Position numbers and translations under genes: made by a program. A stretch of 59,683 nucleotides of DNA, the filler included, from Squatina squatina (lineage: Eukaryota), in assembly GCA_031763465.1 (NCBI GenBank). It is 4 parts of 4 records of this genome, joined end to end, with 100 filler letters (N's around TTAATTAATTAA, not from the genome) between each part and the next. Parts side by side here need not be neighbours in the genome. Positions count along the whole stretch, not along the records: positions 13,625 to 26,000 come from JARFOE010000013.1; 3 more parts are not named here. One strand, written 5' to 3'. Of this stretch, positions 13,569-26,056 are shown piece after piece. The notes under the pieces were generated by a model. That model was not told the origin of the DNA and ran no database searches. It saw only the letters and a program-made list of their open reading frames with translations. How positions within the stretch are numbered: the stretch's first letter is position 1; the number at the start of each line of letters is the position of its first letter.

Positions 13569-13580
13569 TTAATTAATTAA
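13569..13580. other. Synthetic scaffold linker TTAATTAATTAA inside a 100-nt N block
   Basis: A palindromic six-frame stop linker flanked by 44 N on each side, identical at 26045 and 46256. Confidence 0.95.
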
Positions 13581-14035
13581 NNNNNNNNNNNNNNNNNNNN
13601 NNNNNNNNNNNNNNNNNNNNNNNNCTTCAATAAAAAAGTTTATATTAATGAAAAATGAAGCCATTGAAAATCATGGGCCCAGTTCCAGTCCAGATACACC
13701 AGCAGTGTCAGTCAATGTATAAAACATGTTATTCTTGAAATACAGATTTATAAAGCGTGTGTAATATAATCGCATTTGAAACTATGTTATTTTGGTTTTG
13801 TTCCTGGCTAAATCTGGTGTAGAAATACAGCAGTGACTGCACTTTAGAATCATTCACTTAATCTAAATTGCTGTCTGCGATTTTATACTCGTTAATGTTT
13901 CTTCATTAAGTGCTGCATTCACCGGTTATATTAATTCTTAATGTATTTAGCAATCTTTTACTCTTTTAATTGTAACTAACTTCATTTTTTTTTCTGTTTT
14001 GCATGCCTTCATTACTTTTGTGTTATGACCTTCAG

Positions 14036-14281
14036 GAGGTCAAAAGCATTAGAAGAGAAAAAAGAGGGAGGGGCAGAGGTAGAGGAGGAAGCGGGAGGGA
14101 AGGAAGAAGGGGAGAGGGAAGAAGAGGAGAGGGAAGAAATAACCCAAAATGAGGAAAAAGAGGAAAATGAGGACTTGGGGGAAGAAGACAAACCAAAGGA
14201 AGAGAAATGTGAGGAAGAGACAGGGACGAGACAAAGGAAAAAAGAGGATTTACAAAGGAGATACTCTGAAAATGATGTCAG
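14036..14281 (+). CDS. RIMS2: RIMS2 Glu-rich cassette exon (246 nt, phase 2-2)
   Basis: Splice sites ttcag|G and GTCAG|gtaaaa. It ends KEDLQRRYSENDV, like the KEDLQRRFSQDD segment of long RIMS2 isoforms, and splices in frame to the 15585 exon (AG+T = Ser, giving NDVSVFTSK). Confidence 0.75.
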
Positions 14282-14529
14282 GTAAAATCTAACCAATCCC
14301 CCTGANNNNNNNNNNNNNNNNNNNNNNNNNNNNNNNNNNNNNNNNNNNNNNNNNNNNNNNNNNNNNNNNNNNNNNNNNNNNNNNNNNNNNNNNNNNNNNN
14401 NNNNNTCTCACCAATCCTTTCTCCTCTTTTTCTGAAAATCTTGAATCACTATTGGGGCACAGTTCCACAGTTACTGAATTCCCTTAACTACAATACCATT
14501 ATCCATATGTTGGTAGTGAGTTATTTGAT

Positions 14530-14805
14530 ACTTGAGAGCATCATGTCCAATCACAATCTGCCCTCACCAACATTCTGAAACACATTCTTCCAGCGAGGGT
14601 TACTGGATAGTAACAAAAAGCAGGAACCCAGGCTGCTTAATTTTTTTTTCCTCCATCGCAAAGGCCTCAGGGGCCAGATGTAACCACTCGAATGTTACCT
14701 TATCTGAGATCAAGTGATCCAGATGAGGTCAGTAACAGAACCCGAAACCTTCCTCATCGACATGTCTCAGCTAGCCACTAGAAAACTCGATGAGCCATCA
14801 GGGGA
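14530..14805 (-). mobile_element. tRNA-derived SINE, second family, diverged
   Basis: The reverse complement is homologous to 20060-20320 (TCCCCTGATG head, CTATCCAGT.A core). Confidence 0.55.
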
Positions 14806-15584
14806 GCCTTATGTAAGCTTTTAAACAAATTATTAATGCTACTAAAGTGGAATTTGAGTGTTTTGTTCATAGACATTCCCTACAAGCAATGATGAGCATG
14901 TTTTCCCACTAAGTTGTGTTCTCCAAAAAAGAGCTGTGTCCCCAGTCTTGTGTCATGATAGAATATACATTAATATAAGTCTCGCTGATTGGCAGGTCTT
15001 TTGTAATCCCAACGAACTTTTACACCGGATCTCAGTCCAAATATTTTAGGGGTACAAAGAATAGCAAATTAGAATAATTCAGAGCTTCTAATTTAGTTAT
15101 CTATCTGCTGCCATTTCAGGATTGATTTAGGCAGGCTTACAACCAAAACCAATGTCGCTATGATTATTTTCTGTATCTTAATTATGATAAAGCTAGAAAA
15201 GCTTCATATTAAATCAACTGCTACATGTGTCTGCAAAGTTTTCATTTGAACTTATTAGTCACTTCAACTAACAATAGAGTTCCTGTTGATCAGACTAGCC
15301 TATACAGGGGTGTAAAAGAAATACTTTGTCCCTGCTCTGCCTTGTAGCTGAATTGCTTTGTCCTTGCATTTCCCAGACNNNNNNNNNNNNNNNNNNNNNN
15401 NNNNNNNNNNNNNNNNNNNNNNNNNNNNNNNNNNNNNNNNNNNNNNNNNNNNNNNNNNNNNNNNNNNNNNNNNNNNNNTTGCATTTCCCAGACCCTCTAG
15501 CTGAAACCTGTCCTTTTGTATCTTCCTCTTTCTTTTCCCCCTGTCTTTCTGTCGATGTTATTTATCTGTACCAACGGCTCACAG

Positions 15585-15774
15585 TGTCTTTACATCCAAA
15601 CTGCAAAGCAAACAGATGGGGACCTCAGGAAAGAATATGACGAAAAGCACCAGTGTGATCGGAGATATGTACAGCATAGAGAAAAACGACGGCAGCCAAT
15701 CGGACACTGCTGTGGGCACCGCTGTCACCGGTGGCAAGAAGCGACGATCCAGCATTGGCGCCAAAATGGTGGCA
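15585..15774 (+). CDS. RIMS2: RIMS2 exon upstream of the C2B domain (3' end missing)
   Basis: Acceptor ctcacag|T, then VFTSKLQSKQMGTSGKNMTKSTSVIGDMYSIEKNDGSQSDTAVG..GKKRRSSIGAKMVA. KNMTKSTS and EKNDGSQSD match RIMS2 rather than RIMS1. Confidence 0.92.
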
Positions 15775-16434
15775 ACCCAAGACCCACTTAACACCTTCAT
15801 AAAGTTGCATATATTTTTTTCCCCGTGCACAATTTCAGCTGTACTTTCCTATACCCGTAAGCAGGAAAATAAGATTCCTCTTCCTTCAAATTGGGCAACA
15901 TTGATGCATTCATCTAGTAAGCAAATCCCATGGGTTATTGGCAGTGTTTAAAACGCTTTGTCACTTGGTGTAATATTCTTATTACTGCAACAGAAGTCCT
16001 GGATTTTTTTAAAAATTGAGAAACCTGGGTGACAGTCCATAGTGTAGGACAGNNNNNNNNNNGGTTTGTGTAGAATGAAGAGGAGACTGAGAAAGTTAAG
16101 GAGTTTCACGGTTTTGAGGCCCTGGGAAAGCATGGGCTGAAGTAGGAGATGAATTAGAATAGGAGTGCAATGAACTTTGATTTCAACATGGTTGGATGCA
16201 GGACGTTGGGTGTTGTGGTTGAAGAGATGGTTGAATAAGATGTCTCGGGGAGTATTTCTTCCTATCCCCTAAATCATTTATTCATATAAACATTCATAGG
16301 AGCATGGTGTTTCATGTTGTACACTGTGTGACATNNNNNNNNNNNNNNNNNNNNNNNNNNNNNNNNNNNNNNNNNNNNNNNNNNNNNNNNNNNNNNNNNN
16401 NNNNNNNNNNNNNNNNNNNNNNNNNNNNNNNNNN

Positions 16435-16602
16435 CATACGTCATCCCTGCCATCCCAGGAATCATTCTGGTGAATCTTCACTGCACTCCCTCCATGGCAA
16501 GAACATCCTTCTTCAGGTACGGCGACCAAAACTGCACACAATACTCAAGGTGTGGCATCACCAAGACCCTGTACAACTGCAACAAGACATCTCTGCTCCT
16601 GA
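16435..16602 (-). mobile_element. CR1 ORF2 C-terminal fragment
   Basis: The minus strand reads [45 protein letters not shown]. Confidence 0.85.
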
Positions 16603-17029
16603 GTATCCAGATATTACGAATATGTTCCCTAGAATTTAGTCTCTGCAGTTTGTTGGCAGGTAGAATTTTGGATGATTGTTTGAGCCTTTATTGCTTTAAA
16701 TCACCACCAAAGTAATATATGTGCTTATTTTAGACTTGCCTCCCAGACAAAGTAGGTCAGCATCTTTGAGGATAAAATGTAAAATGGTACGTGAGCTGTT
16801 GATTAAAATGGTTTCAATTGAACAGTTGTACAGTGAAATCTTAACCTTTAACTACTTAACACCTGCTCTTCATGACGGTGTGCAGTGCATCACATTACCT
16901 TTTCTGTATTAAATTTCACCTGACACTGTTTACTCATCTATGCATTTTAACGAAATCCTTTCTTAGGTCCTGATTGTACTGTCCTCCTGCTCCATCTGCA
17001 CATTTAATTCATATCAGGGTAAATGTTCA

Positions 17030-17320
17030 TCTTCACCACCTGGATGGCAATCTGGCAGAGCTGATTCCCAACCATTGTCCGATTTATCCCTGTTTTTTAA
17101 TTATTGATAATCCATTAGTTTGTTGCTAATCCAGCAGAAAATGTCCAGTATTTAGTGACTCTCTCATGATGATTGTCAGTGTTTTACAAATCTTTTCCCA
17201 AGGCCCCCTTGATATCTTTGGATAAATCCCATCTTTATGTGGGGATTTGCTCATTTTGTGCCTGTTAGGCCTATCTAGAACCTTCCTCTTGCTGATGTCA
17301 AGATCCATAAATCTGCTAGG
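17030..17320 (-). mobile_element. CR1 RT N-terminal fragment
   Basis: KVLDR..KMSKSPHKDGIYPKI..EKICKTLTII.RESLNTG resembles the KSPGPDGIYPRIL motif. Confidence 0.65.
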
Positions 17321-20059
17321 TTTATTTCTATTCATGGAGGCTACATCATTATAGTTNNNNNNNNNNNNNNNNNNNNNNNNNNNNNNNNNNNNNNNNNNNN
17401 NNNNNNNNNNNNNNNNNNNNNNNNNNNNNNNNNNNNNNNNNNNNNNNNNNNNNNNNATGCATAAAAAAGTTAAAGAGATTTCCAGGGCAAGCATGGAGAA
17501 AATCTCGCAAATCTCCGCTCTGGAAATCTCTTTTGCAGCTTAAGCATATGATCTGTCAAGGTAAATCTTGACAGATCGCAAGCTCCGGATCTGTGGGCAT
17601 GCACAGTGCAGCCCGAGATTCAGAACTTGCGAGGTCCCCCCGGGTGCGTGCGAACACCGCATGCACCCGAGGGGACCCAGAGGGATCGTAAATTCAGGGC
17701 CAATAACATTTCTTTGATGTGGTTGATTGGGAACAGAATTTTCAAATTCAAACTCAAACAATTTCTTAGTATGAATAAATTAAATTGAACTAACAAAATT
17801 CTGGTATAAACTCCAAAAGATCAAAAGAGTAAGAAAGTAATGAAATTCATGGGATCAGCTTAAAGAGAAAGTTTTTAAAAAACTAACTAAGCTCATTATG
17901 TGCAGAGATGGGTCCATTTTTAGACTTGGCGGGCGGTATAAACATTTACTTGAAAATCTTGAAATAAAAGCAAAATGTGCTTCATGAGTATGGATGTCAT
18001 AATGGAAACCAAAAGCTCCTACTTACAAAGATGTCTGGGTCAGTTCTGTAAATACAAACACTTAATCCTAGTGGCAGGCTGCAGGCTAATTCATAGTGCC
18101 CTTCACAAGCACATAGACACCGCAGTTGTCTCCATCTCTGCTATGTCTCGTTTGTTACTCCACTGGCTCAAAAATGTCATGAATTAATGTCAAGAGTGTG
18201 ACGATGTAATCTCCCACTGTTGTGTTTATCATTATGTCATGGCATGGTGATGTTGTTTAAAAACAAACTCTGCACGACATTCATCCTAAGAAGTTGTGCA
18301 CTCTACCCAGCCAATGTTGTACATTAACGCTGCATTGTAAACCATGCAATGATGAACGACAAGGACTGTATCAGAATTTTGCCCTGCCGGTTATAATTTT
18401 GCCACAAGATGTAACTGAGGTCCAACGGTAAAGCTAAAAGAATGTTGCCTTCCAAAACCTTTTCAAGTTCACTTCTTAGTTGCTTTATTCCTATATCTTT
18501 ATTTTTTATATATAAGGGAATAAATAAAGTAAATTAAAAGTGATTTTGTTGTACATGCCCTATGGAGAGTTGTTGTGAGGCAGTGACTAGAGAAATGACC
18601 TAAGTTCCAACTCAGTATTCTGAAGGACTATTTCAGAGGGTATCTAACGCAATGGTATTCAGGCACATTGCAATGGGAATCTCCTGTTCATTTTTGGTGA
18701 ATGTTTGTGCATCAAGCCTCAGTTTTGGTGAACAGAATCCACTTTTGTACTACCAGGTCAAATGCAGCATGGCCTTCTGCTCCAACTATCTGCCTTAACT
18801 GATGGCGTTGAACAGTGGAGATCAACAGGTTCTGGGGTTTCACTTGTAATACCTTTAGGGATGAGCTAGAAACTTTTCCTCAGCATTTTAAATAAATTCT
18901 TTAGAGTCCAAGGTAGTCAAAGTTGTTCATGTATTGTATAACGAATGAGCTTGATGGGCTGCATGGTCTTTTCCCATTCTCTACTTATTTATGTTCTTGC
19001 CATTTTGACCTGTTCTTAACCACATATGATTTATCCAGCTCTCTTTTTTAAAAAAAAGATTGAATCAACATTGTGCTAACTGCTNNNNNNNNNNNNNNNN
19101 NNNNNNNNNNNNNNNNNNNNNNNNNNNNNNNNNNNNNNNNNNNNNNNNNNNNNNNNNNNNNNNNNNNNNNNNNNNNNNNNNNNNCCTCGGAGTCTATTTA
19201 CACTCCTTGATCCAATTTTATAAAGCGGAAAACATGGTCCATATCAGACAAATTCATTCATTAATTGTACTCTTGCCAAATTTAAATTTTATTTACTTTC
19301 CAATTCTGAGACAAATTTTACTTCAATACAGAAACAAAGTTCGCAAAGGATTTGTTACAGACTGCATGACCGGCAAATAAATTATTGGAAACAAAGACAT
19401 GACTGGAAACAGCTGAAGCCGTGCCTAATTTCCTCTTGGCACACTTATGCATATGAGATGTTCTAAAATAGAAATTGCAATCCTGTACAAAGGAAGAAAT
19501 GTATCTAAAGAGTGATCTGCGAGTAGTCAACAATGATTATTCTTAAGTCTCTGGAGATATGTAGACAATATTTTCATAAAATAATTGAAAATATAATTTA
19601 TTGCATGGCCAGACCGTTACCACTGAGGTTATATGCAATGTTCCCTCTAATTTTTTTTTGGGTGCGCGGCCCATTCAAACTTCCGTGCATGCACGGGTTT
19701 TTCCATTGTGAAGCCAGCAAGCGGCCTGCACAGAACCTCCAGAGTGCTGCACTGCTGTGCAGCTTAACAGGAACGTTGACTAATTGTCTTTAAAACAGTT
19801 CCAACTTTCAGAACTCACAGACAAGAACGCGGGTCAGTGGCGCAAGCACATCGGCGTCTCGGCACACATGCCACCTAAACAAAAAGCAGACCTGAGCCTG
19901 TCCTTCCCCATTTGGCAACTTTTCAATCTTAGTCAAACAATTGAGGGGTGGGTAGGTGTTGAGCAGAAGGCAAGTATTTGCCCTACAGAGAAAATAAAGT
20001 CAGATAATGAATTACATAAGGCTGCTCTCATGTCCATCCTGCTGCTCCATATAGGTGGT

Positions 20060-20320
20060 GTCCCCCTGATGACTTCGACTTATTCAGTGAATAGCTGGGC
20101 CACTCAGACCAGATAAGTCTCAGGTTCGATCCTTGGTCTGTGTTGTGTCTGCTGATTTCAACTGGATAGATGGTAGGGGCATAATAATGGGTCTCAAATC
20201 TCAATGCCCTTATTTAAGCAAGAGAAAATCCACCAGGGCCACTGCTCCTGATTGCTATCCAGTGATTCCTCCTGGACAGGACAGAGCTTGACTCCGATGC
20301 CCCGGTGGATGGATAGCTAT
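20060..20320 (+). mobile_element. tRNA-derived SINE, second family
   Basis: B-box-like GGTTCGATCC near 20123; homologous to 14530-14805. Confidence 0.55.
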
Positions 20321-21399
20321 GCTCGTGAATAATTACCATTTTGGCAAGGCACCAGAAGGTAACTGATCCCCATACAATGACAGCCCAGCAACGGCCGCAT
20401 TATGAGGAGTGAGGAGATGAAAGACAGGAGAAAATTCATGAGAAAGGAGAGTAAAAACAGCACAAAAAAGGCCTNNNNNNNNNNCATCCAATTGTCTTTC
20501 CATCTTCTCTCTAAAGAAATGGGTCACAATATGGGAACTGGCAAGAGAGAAAACACAAATAATGGGCAGTGGTTGTAAATTTTAAATACAAAATTAGAAG
20601 ACAGTATTCAATGGAATGAAAAAAAAACATTCCAGTCTGGTTATAGTTTAACCGAGTTGCAAAGATATGATCCACTTACCACATTTTACCCAGTTTGGAG
20701 TTTTCAATAGGAGTCTATTGAAATAAATTTTGCAGAATCTGTTGCACATTTCCCAAAAGTAAAAAATACAAAGATTACAGAAATAAACCTGCACAGATAA
20801 CACTCAAAGATAAAGTTCTTCTTTCCACTCATGAACTTAAACATTCCGTCCAAAGATGTTACAACCAGGTTCAAACATTCGACTAGAAACTACTGTCGTG
20901 GACAAATACTCAACAAGTTCATATAACTTTCCTCAATCAGGTATTTTAGGTGATGTGTTAACCTGTTTAAAGATTTTTTATTTTTAAAATAGAGGATGAA
21001 GGAATACCATTAAAACACATTAATCATTCATGTGCTAATATAATCAATGATAATTTTAAGACTATTGTTTATAGTTTAACTGAGTTGTAAAGATGTCATC
21101 CACTTATTTCAATCCATTCATGTTAAAATGAATAAGGTTAAATTTCCACCAAAAATAGGTTGTGGGGAGGCAGGGACTCTCGCTCCACGGCTGTTAACGT
21201 CACCAAATGGGGCGCTGCGCAATTTTGCCCCGTTAATGCCTTCAGGGGTTTTGGTGATAATTGAACTGCAAAAACAGATTACTTCAAGACCAACATTTTA
21301 CTCCTATTCATTCTCCAAGAGAATTCATCATCTGCTTGAATACAAAATCAAAACACCCACTGCCTCTTGTGCTGGAGAGTGCAAAATACTCTCCTCCTC

Positions 21400-21858
21400 T
21401 TACACTCTGATTGGTGCACACAGAAGCCAGCAACGCTCCAGTCAGCATCTTCTCGGAACTCTCTTGTGAATCAATGAGCAGAGTAAAGGAAGAGGCGGAG
21501 AGCTCCAGACGAAGAGCAAGCAGCGGAGTCAATAAGGCTTTTTTCATTTGCCTTAGGAGGGAGAGTGCAGTGTTTGGTTTCCAGTGTTGCTTAATTCACA
21601 GGTGAACAGAGTCTGGACATTCAGCTGTCCAAATGCTGCAGAGGATGTGCCTTCAGACAATCCAAGCTGAATCTCTGCTGAGTTGATCTGTCCGATTAAA
21701 CTGTGAAGTACAGCTTCTGTGGCAACCAAAACGGGAGAGGTCTCCTCGGCCAGCCAGAGCACGGGGAAATCATACCCAGATATTTCTTATTAGCGCTGTT
21801 CTGAATAACCGCCAAAACGCCTCGTGTCCTGTACCGCGCGAAAGGAGGGTCGACCAAG
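21400..21858 (+). promoter_or_regulatory. Probable internal promoter/5' UTR of RIM2-gamma
   Basis: Repeat-free, relatively GC/CpG-rich sequence contiguous with the gamma ATG. RIM2-gamma is known to arise from an internal promoter. The TSS cannot be located from sequence alone. Confidence 0.4.
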
Positions 21859-21997
21859 ATGGTTAGGCAGGGGCCAGACACTGGAAATGCTGGGTTGCGG
21901 ATGCAGCGGTCTCCAAGCCGAATAAGCCTGTCTGCATCTTTTGAAGCCTTGGCTGTTTATTTCCCATGCATGAATTCTTTTGATGAAGATGACGGAG
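21859..21997 (+). CDS. RIMS2: RIM2-gamma isoform-specific first coding exon
   Basis: MVRQGPDTGNAGLRMQRSPSRISLSASFEALAVYFPCMNSFDEDDG, then G|gtaaga (phase 1). It matches the RIM2-gamma N-terminus MGRQG..MQRSQSRSSLSASFEALAGYFPCMNS and lies in the expected order after the 15585 exon. It is absent from the ORF track. Confidence 0.88.
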
Positions 21998-23332
21998 GTA
22001 AGAAAATTTACAAATAAACCTCTGATCCGTTGTACCTGTTGATTGGCACTTAGTATAAAATTAAAATAATGATGAAAAGGGAAAAAAAATGAAACTATTA
22101 ATTTAAATATGGGTACTTTGCCTACATCTGTAAAATATTCCAGGAGGCACTCATATTCAAGTACCCATATTTATCTTAATTTGTGGTGGAAGTGGGGGCA
22201 CAGGTCTATTTTAAGGTATCAAATATTCAACATTTTCTGCACCAAATTAGAACAAAGTGATGTGATAGGCTTCACATTCAAGGTGTCCCATACAAGCTTT
22301 CTGCACCAAGAATGGGCACAATTGACTGCAAAAATGGCCAGAAATCGGATTTCTGCCTACTTCCACCATGCTAGAACTTGCACTCAGGTCAGGGGCAGTA
22401 GAAACTCCTGTCCAAAGCAAGCAGGAGCTTCATTAATATATTAAACAAGGCAGGGGAAGAACCCTGCTCCATTTTCTAGCTCGCGGATATGCTGGATGCC
22501 AAGTCTAACGTATGCCGAGGAAACCTGACATTCACAGGTCATTTCAAGATCATTAAATTTTATACATAAGTATTTTTAGGCTATTTCAGGGGTGTATTTT
22601 ATCACATCGAAGATGCTATATAAATGCGAGTTGTTGCACAGACTTTACTTTTGTTGTTTTCCTGCTTACACTTCTGTTTACTGGCACCAATAATTTCCCC
22701 ATGGGAATCATCCAAGTTAATATGTTTGAGAGAAGAGGAGGGCCTACAGGAGGATGCCAGACATATCAGGCTGTCTAAGGGCTGCTCTGTGTGCCTGGAT
22801 CTGCAGAGAGAGGTGAGGATGCCTCTATTTGGCAGACACAGCGCTGGTGGAAGCTCCTCTTCCCAAAGGACGTTCTGCCCGCATCCTCCGATGGTGCCAC
22901 TATGATATATGAAAGACTGATTAACACTTACACTGGATGGTTCTTCTTACCACAGTGCATGAAAGAAGGCAAGCTAGGATAATTCAGATTGGCTGCACCC
23001 ACCAACATGCTACCAGTTATTTCTGTANNNNNNNNNNNNNNNNNNNNNNNNNNNNNNNNNNNNNNNNNNNNNNNNNNNNNNNNNNNNNNNNNNNNNNNNN
23101 NNNNNNNNNNNNNNNNNNNNNNNNNNNCAGACGTTTGCAGCTTAAGATCTTCCTTATTAGGATGTTGGGCTCTTGTTCATTCTGCTTCTGAATATTTTGC
23201 GTTGCAATCTTGTCAAGCCATCTCTGTGAAATTTAGCAGCAGTCTTGGCAGGAGGTGCCTTACTGAGGCAAGCAAGGAGGTGAATGGAACGGGAAAGGTA
23301 GATTCAGAACGTTACTTCAAAATAAATCGAGA

Positions 23333-23847
23333 GGGGGCACAATTCAGGCCGGACGCTTCTGGGGAGGTAGCGGGCGGGAGCCAGCATTTTTCTCGCCAGC
23401 TGCCAAACACCCTTCCCCCCATCACCTGCCGTAAAATTTAGCGTTCCGCGGCGGGAGCAAGGCGCAGCGATGCCGGCCTTGCTCCCGGGCGGAACTGGGG
23501 CGGCTGGCCGGGGACATCGTTGGCGCCACACTAGCAACATCAACTGAGAGTTGGCCAACAAATTAAGATGGTGGCCGCAAGTGCACAGGCTCTCCCCTTT
23601 AAGAGGGCCGTTGCAGCGACAGGTTTCCCATGGGATGCAAACGGAGCACAAAGGGGGTCGCGGCTGCGCGTCTTTATGATGTCACCTACCGCGGAATTTG
23701 CCAGGCCAGGTGCAAAGGCCGTTGCACCCCAGCTGAATTGCCCAGGAGGTGAGATGGCCGCCTCCTGGCACCATTTTGTCCAGAATCGCCCCGTTAGCGC
23801 CCCTCGGAAGCTCTAATAGGGTGCAACCAGAGCTGAATTTCTCCCCC
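23333..23847. mobile_element. GC-rich Harbinger-like MITE, same family as 9637-10272, opposite orientation
   Basis: TIRs GGGGGCACAATTCAG and CTGAATTTCTCCCCC, with internal homology to 9637-9975. Confidence 0.75.
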
Positions 23848-25300
23848 TATATGTTGCTTCGGTTAATTGGTGGTGGGTCACTGGTTGTCTCTCTGTTCGG
23901 TAAATAATTTGCCTGAGAGCTTCCACAGGGCACAGGGACTGAGAAAATTGCAGCTTTCACATCCCTTGTTTCACAGTGGGAAGTTGCAGGCTGCCTAGCA
24001 ACAAAACCATCTCTGGCAAAAGGAATTATCGGGACTTTGCACTAACCCACACGTGACAGGATGAGAAGCTGAACAAAATGATGGTATTCATTTATTCAGT
24101 AATCACGTGTGACTTGTTTCTGAATTAAACTAGAACAAAACTGAAATGCCTTGTATAAATTCCCTTTTGTTGGCTACGTGTGTGCGTAAATGTCTGAGTA
24201 CTTGTTATTCTTTATAGTCACATTATTTTCAGTGTTTTACATTGCTGGCTTATTTGGAGTGATGCAAGTCCCAAGTCTAAAGCTCGGAACTGTGTAAAAT
24301 AATCTCAATTTTTATTAGATTTGAATATTGATTAAAATCACCCAGTGATGCAACATTTTTAAACTACCACGAGTTTTAAATTTGATTTAGTGATGCTAAT
24401 CAGAATGGCTAATTGCTTCCTACCATTTGAGAGAAACCTTTATTTAATCTTATTGCGGCAGCCGAATCAACTTTGGGTCAAGAGCTATAATCACTCAGTA
24501 ACTAACATNNNNNNNNNNNNNNNNNNNNNNNNNNNNNNNNNNNNNNNNNNNNNNNNNNNNNNNNNNNNNNNNNNNNNNNNNNNNNNNNNNNNNNNNNNNN
24601 NNNNNNNNACATATGGGGAACTGGAATTCCAAAACCCTCATTCAAACACTGTCAGTGGCTCAGCTGATACTTGGAAATTTGATGAATGATTACTGTGTAA
24701 AGCAGTAGCCTTTCCCCTTAAGAAACAGATGCATTATTTGTTAATTTCCCTGTGGAATTTCTTCATTACATGGAAAATTAAAACTCATTTATTTGAATTA
24801 GTGAAACACAGAGGCCAAGTCTTTACTGCATACTTACTTTGGAACTAAATCCATTCGATCCTCTTAAAATACAATAGTTACTTTGCAAGTAATATTTAGA
24901 GAATTTGAACTGCTTCCTGGCACCTGCCCACGCAGTACCAGCCTGATTTATCGAGCAATGCAATGCCATCAGGGAGTCATGGAAACACTGCCAACTTGCA
25001 ATTGCCAGTGGCAGAGATCCATGCACAAGGCATTGCTTATTCTGACGTATCAGCTCCTACCAAACAACAAGAGCTGAGGGGAGAGTTGGGCCTGACTAAC
25101 TGGTGGAAATTGAAAGACGGGCCTATTTTCCAGCTAGAGGCTTCAGTTTTTAAAATTTGCATAACAGTCAAAACAGATAAAGTTGAAACCAAACAAACTG
25201 AACAAATACAAAAACAAACTAAAAGTGCTATACAAGTAACCAAAGCCGAACACATGGACCAATCTCCCCAGAAGTGTAGGACAGACAGTTTTAAGACTAT

Positions 25301-25550
25301 GGCCCAGAAATTCAAGTGCACCCATTTTTGGGCACACGGGGGACTCAGGGACCAATCCCTGTTGCTGACTGGATTGGCCTGCGGCGCACCCGATATTGCA
25401 CCTCGGACCTCATGACAGCAAGCTGCAAACACCTAATAGGCATCCCCAGACAGCTCACCAGTGAAGAGGAATGGAAGACTGTGCCACTGCAATGCCAGAA
25501 GCGGCCATCAGTTAACTGTTTACCGGGGATATCAACAGATTTCAGAGCTA
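25301..25550. mobile_element. Short TIR element (MITE) remnant
   Basis: It begins GGCCCAGAAATT and ends GATTTCAGAGCT. Similar ..TTCAGGGCC ends occur near 17700 and 52355. It forms a local GC-rich island. Confidence 0.45.
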
Positions 25551-26044
25551 ATTGGTAGAACAACATTTGTCATCAAAATAAATAATTGCATTAAAAAATG
25601 TAAAGCTCTGGATTTTTTTTAAAGGGCTAATATATTTGATTTTATAAATTCAATTGACTAGATTTAATTGAGTATTCAGAAAAGTCATTATTGACTGGAT
25701 ATAAATAGGCTCCTTGTATCAGCAGGGTTATTGCCTTCTCATAGGAACAGATTTGGGTAATTAGCCTTGAGAAAAACACTTCGAACGCTTAAATTGCTTT
25801 TGATTAAACACAATTTCTATTTTTTTTTTCAATCTTGGACTGGCATTAGTAGCTCCATATAGAATAAATTATATAAGTTAATTATTTCAAACTGCTTTAC
25901 TAATCTAATTTTAGCCCAGTGATTATGCTTTTTTGAGTTAAAGTAGACCATGTTACCTATCCTGCACTTGTTTTGCTGAGCTCTGGATGCTGACTTTTTT
26001 NNNNNNNNNNNNNNNNNNNNNNNNNNNNNNNNNNNNNNNNNNNN

Positions 26045-26056
26045 TTAATTAATTAA
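26045..26056. other. Synthetic scaffold linker TTAATTAATTAA
   Basis: Same structure as the linker at 13569. Confidence 0.95.

Noticed and set aside
13569-13580. Palindromic TTAATTAATTAA as a regulatory or recombination site
   Set aside because: It is always centred in exactly 100-nt N blocks, so it is a synthetic linker.
21615-21645. REST/RE1-like site GCTGTCCAAATGCTGCA upstream of RIM2-gamma
   Set aside because: Half-site spacing is one base short and the GGTGCTGAA half is mismatched.
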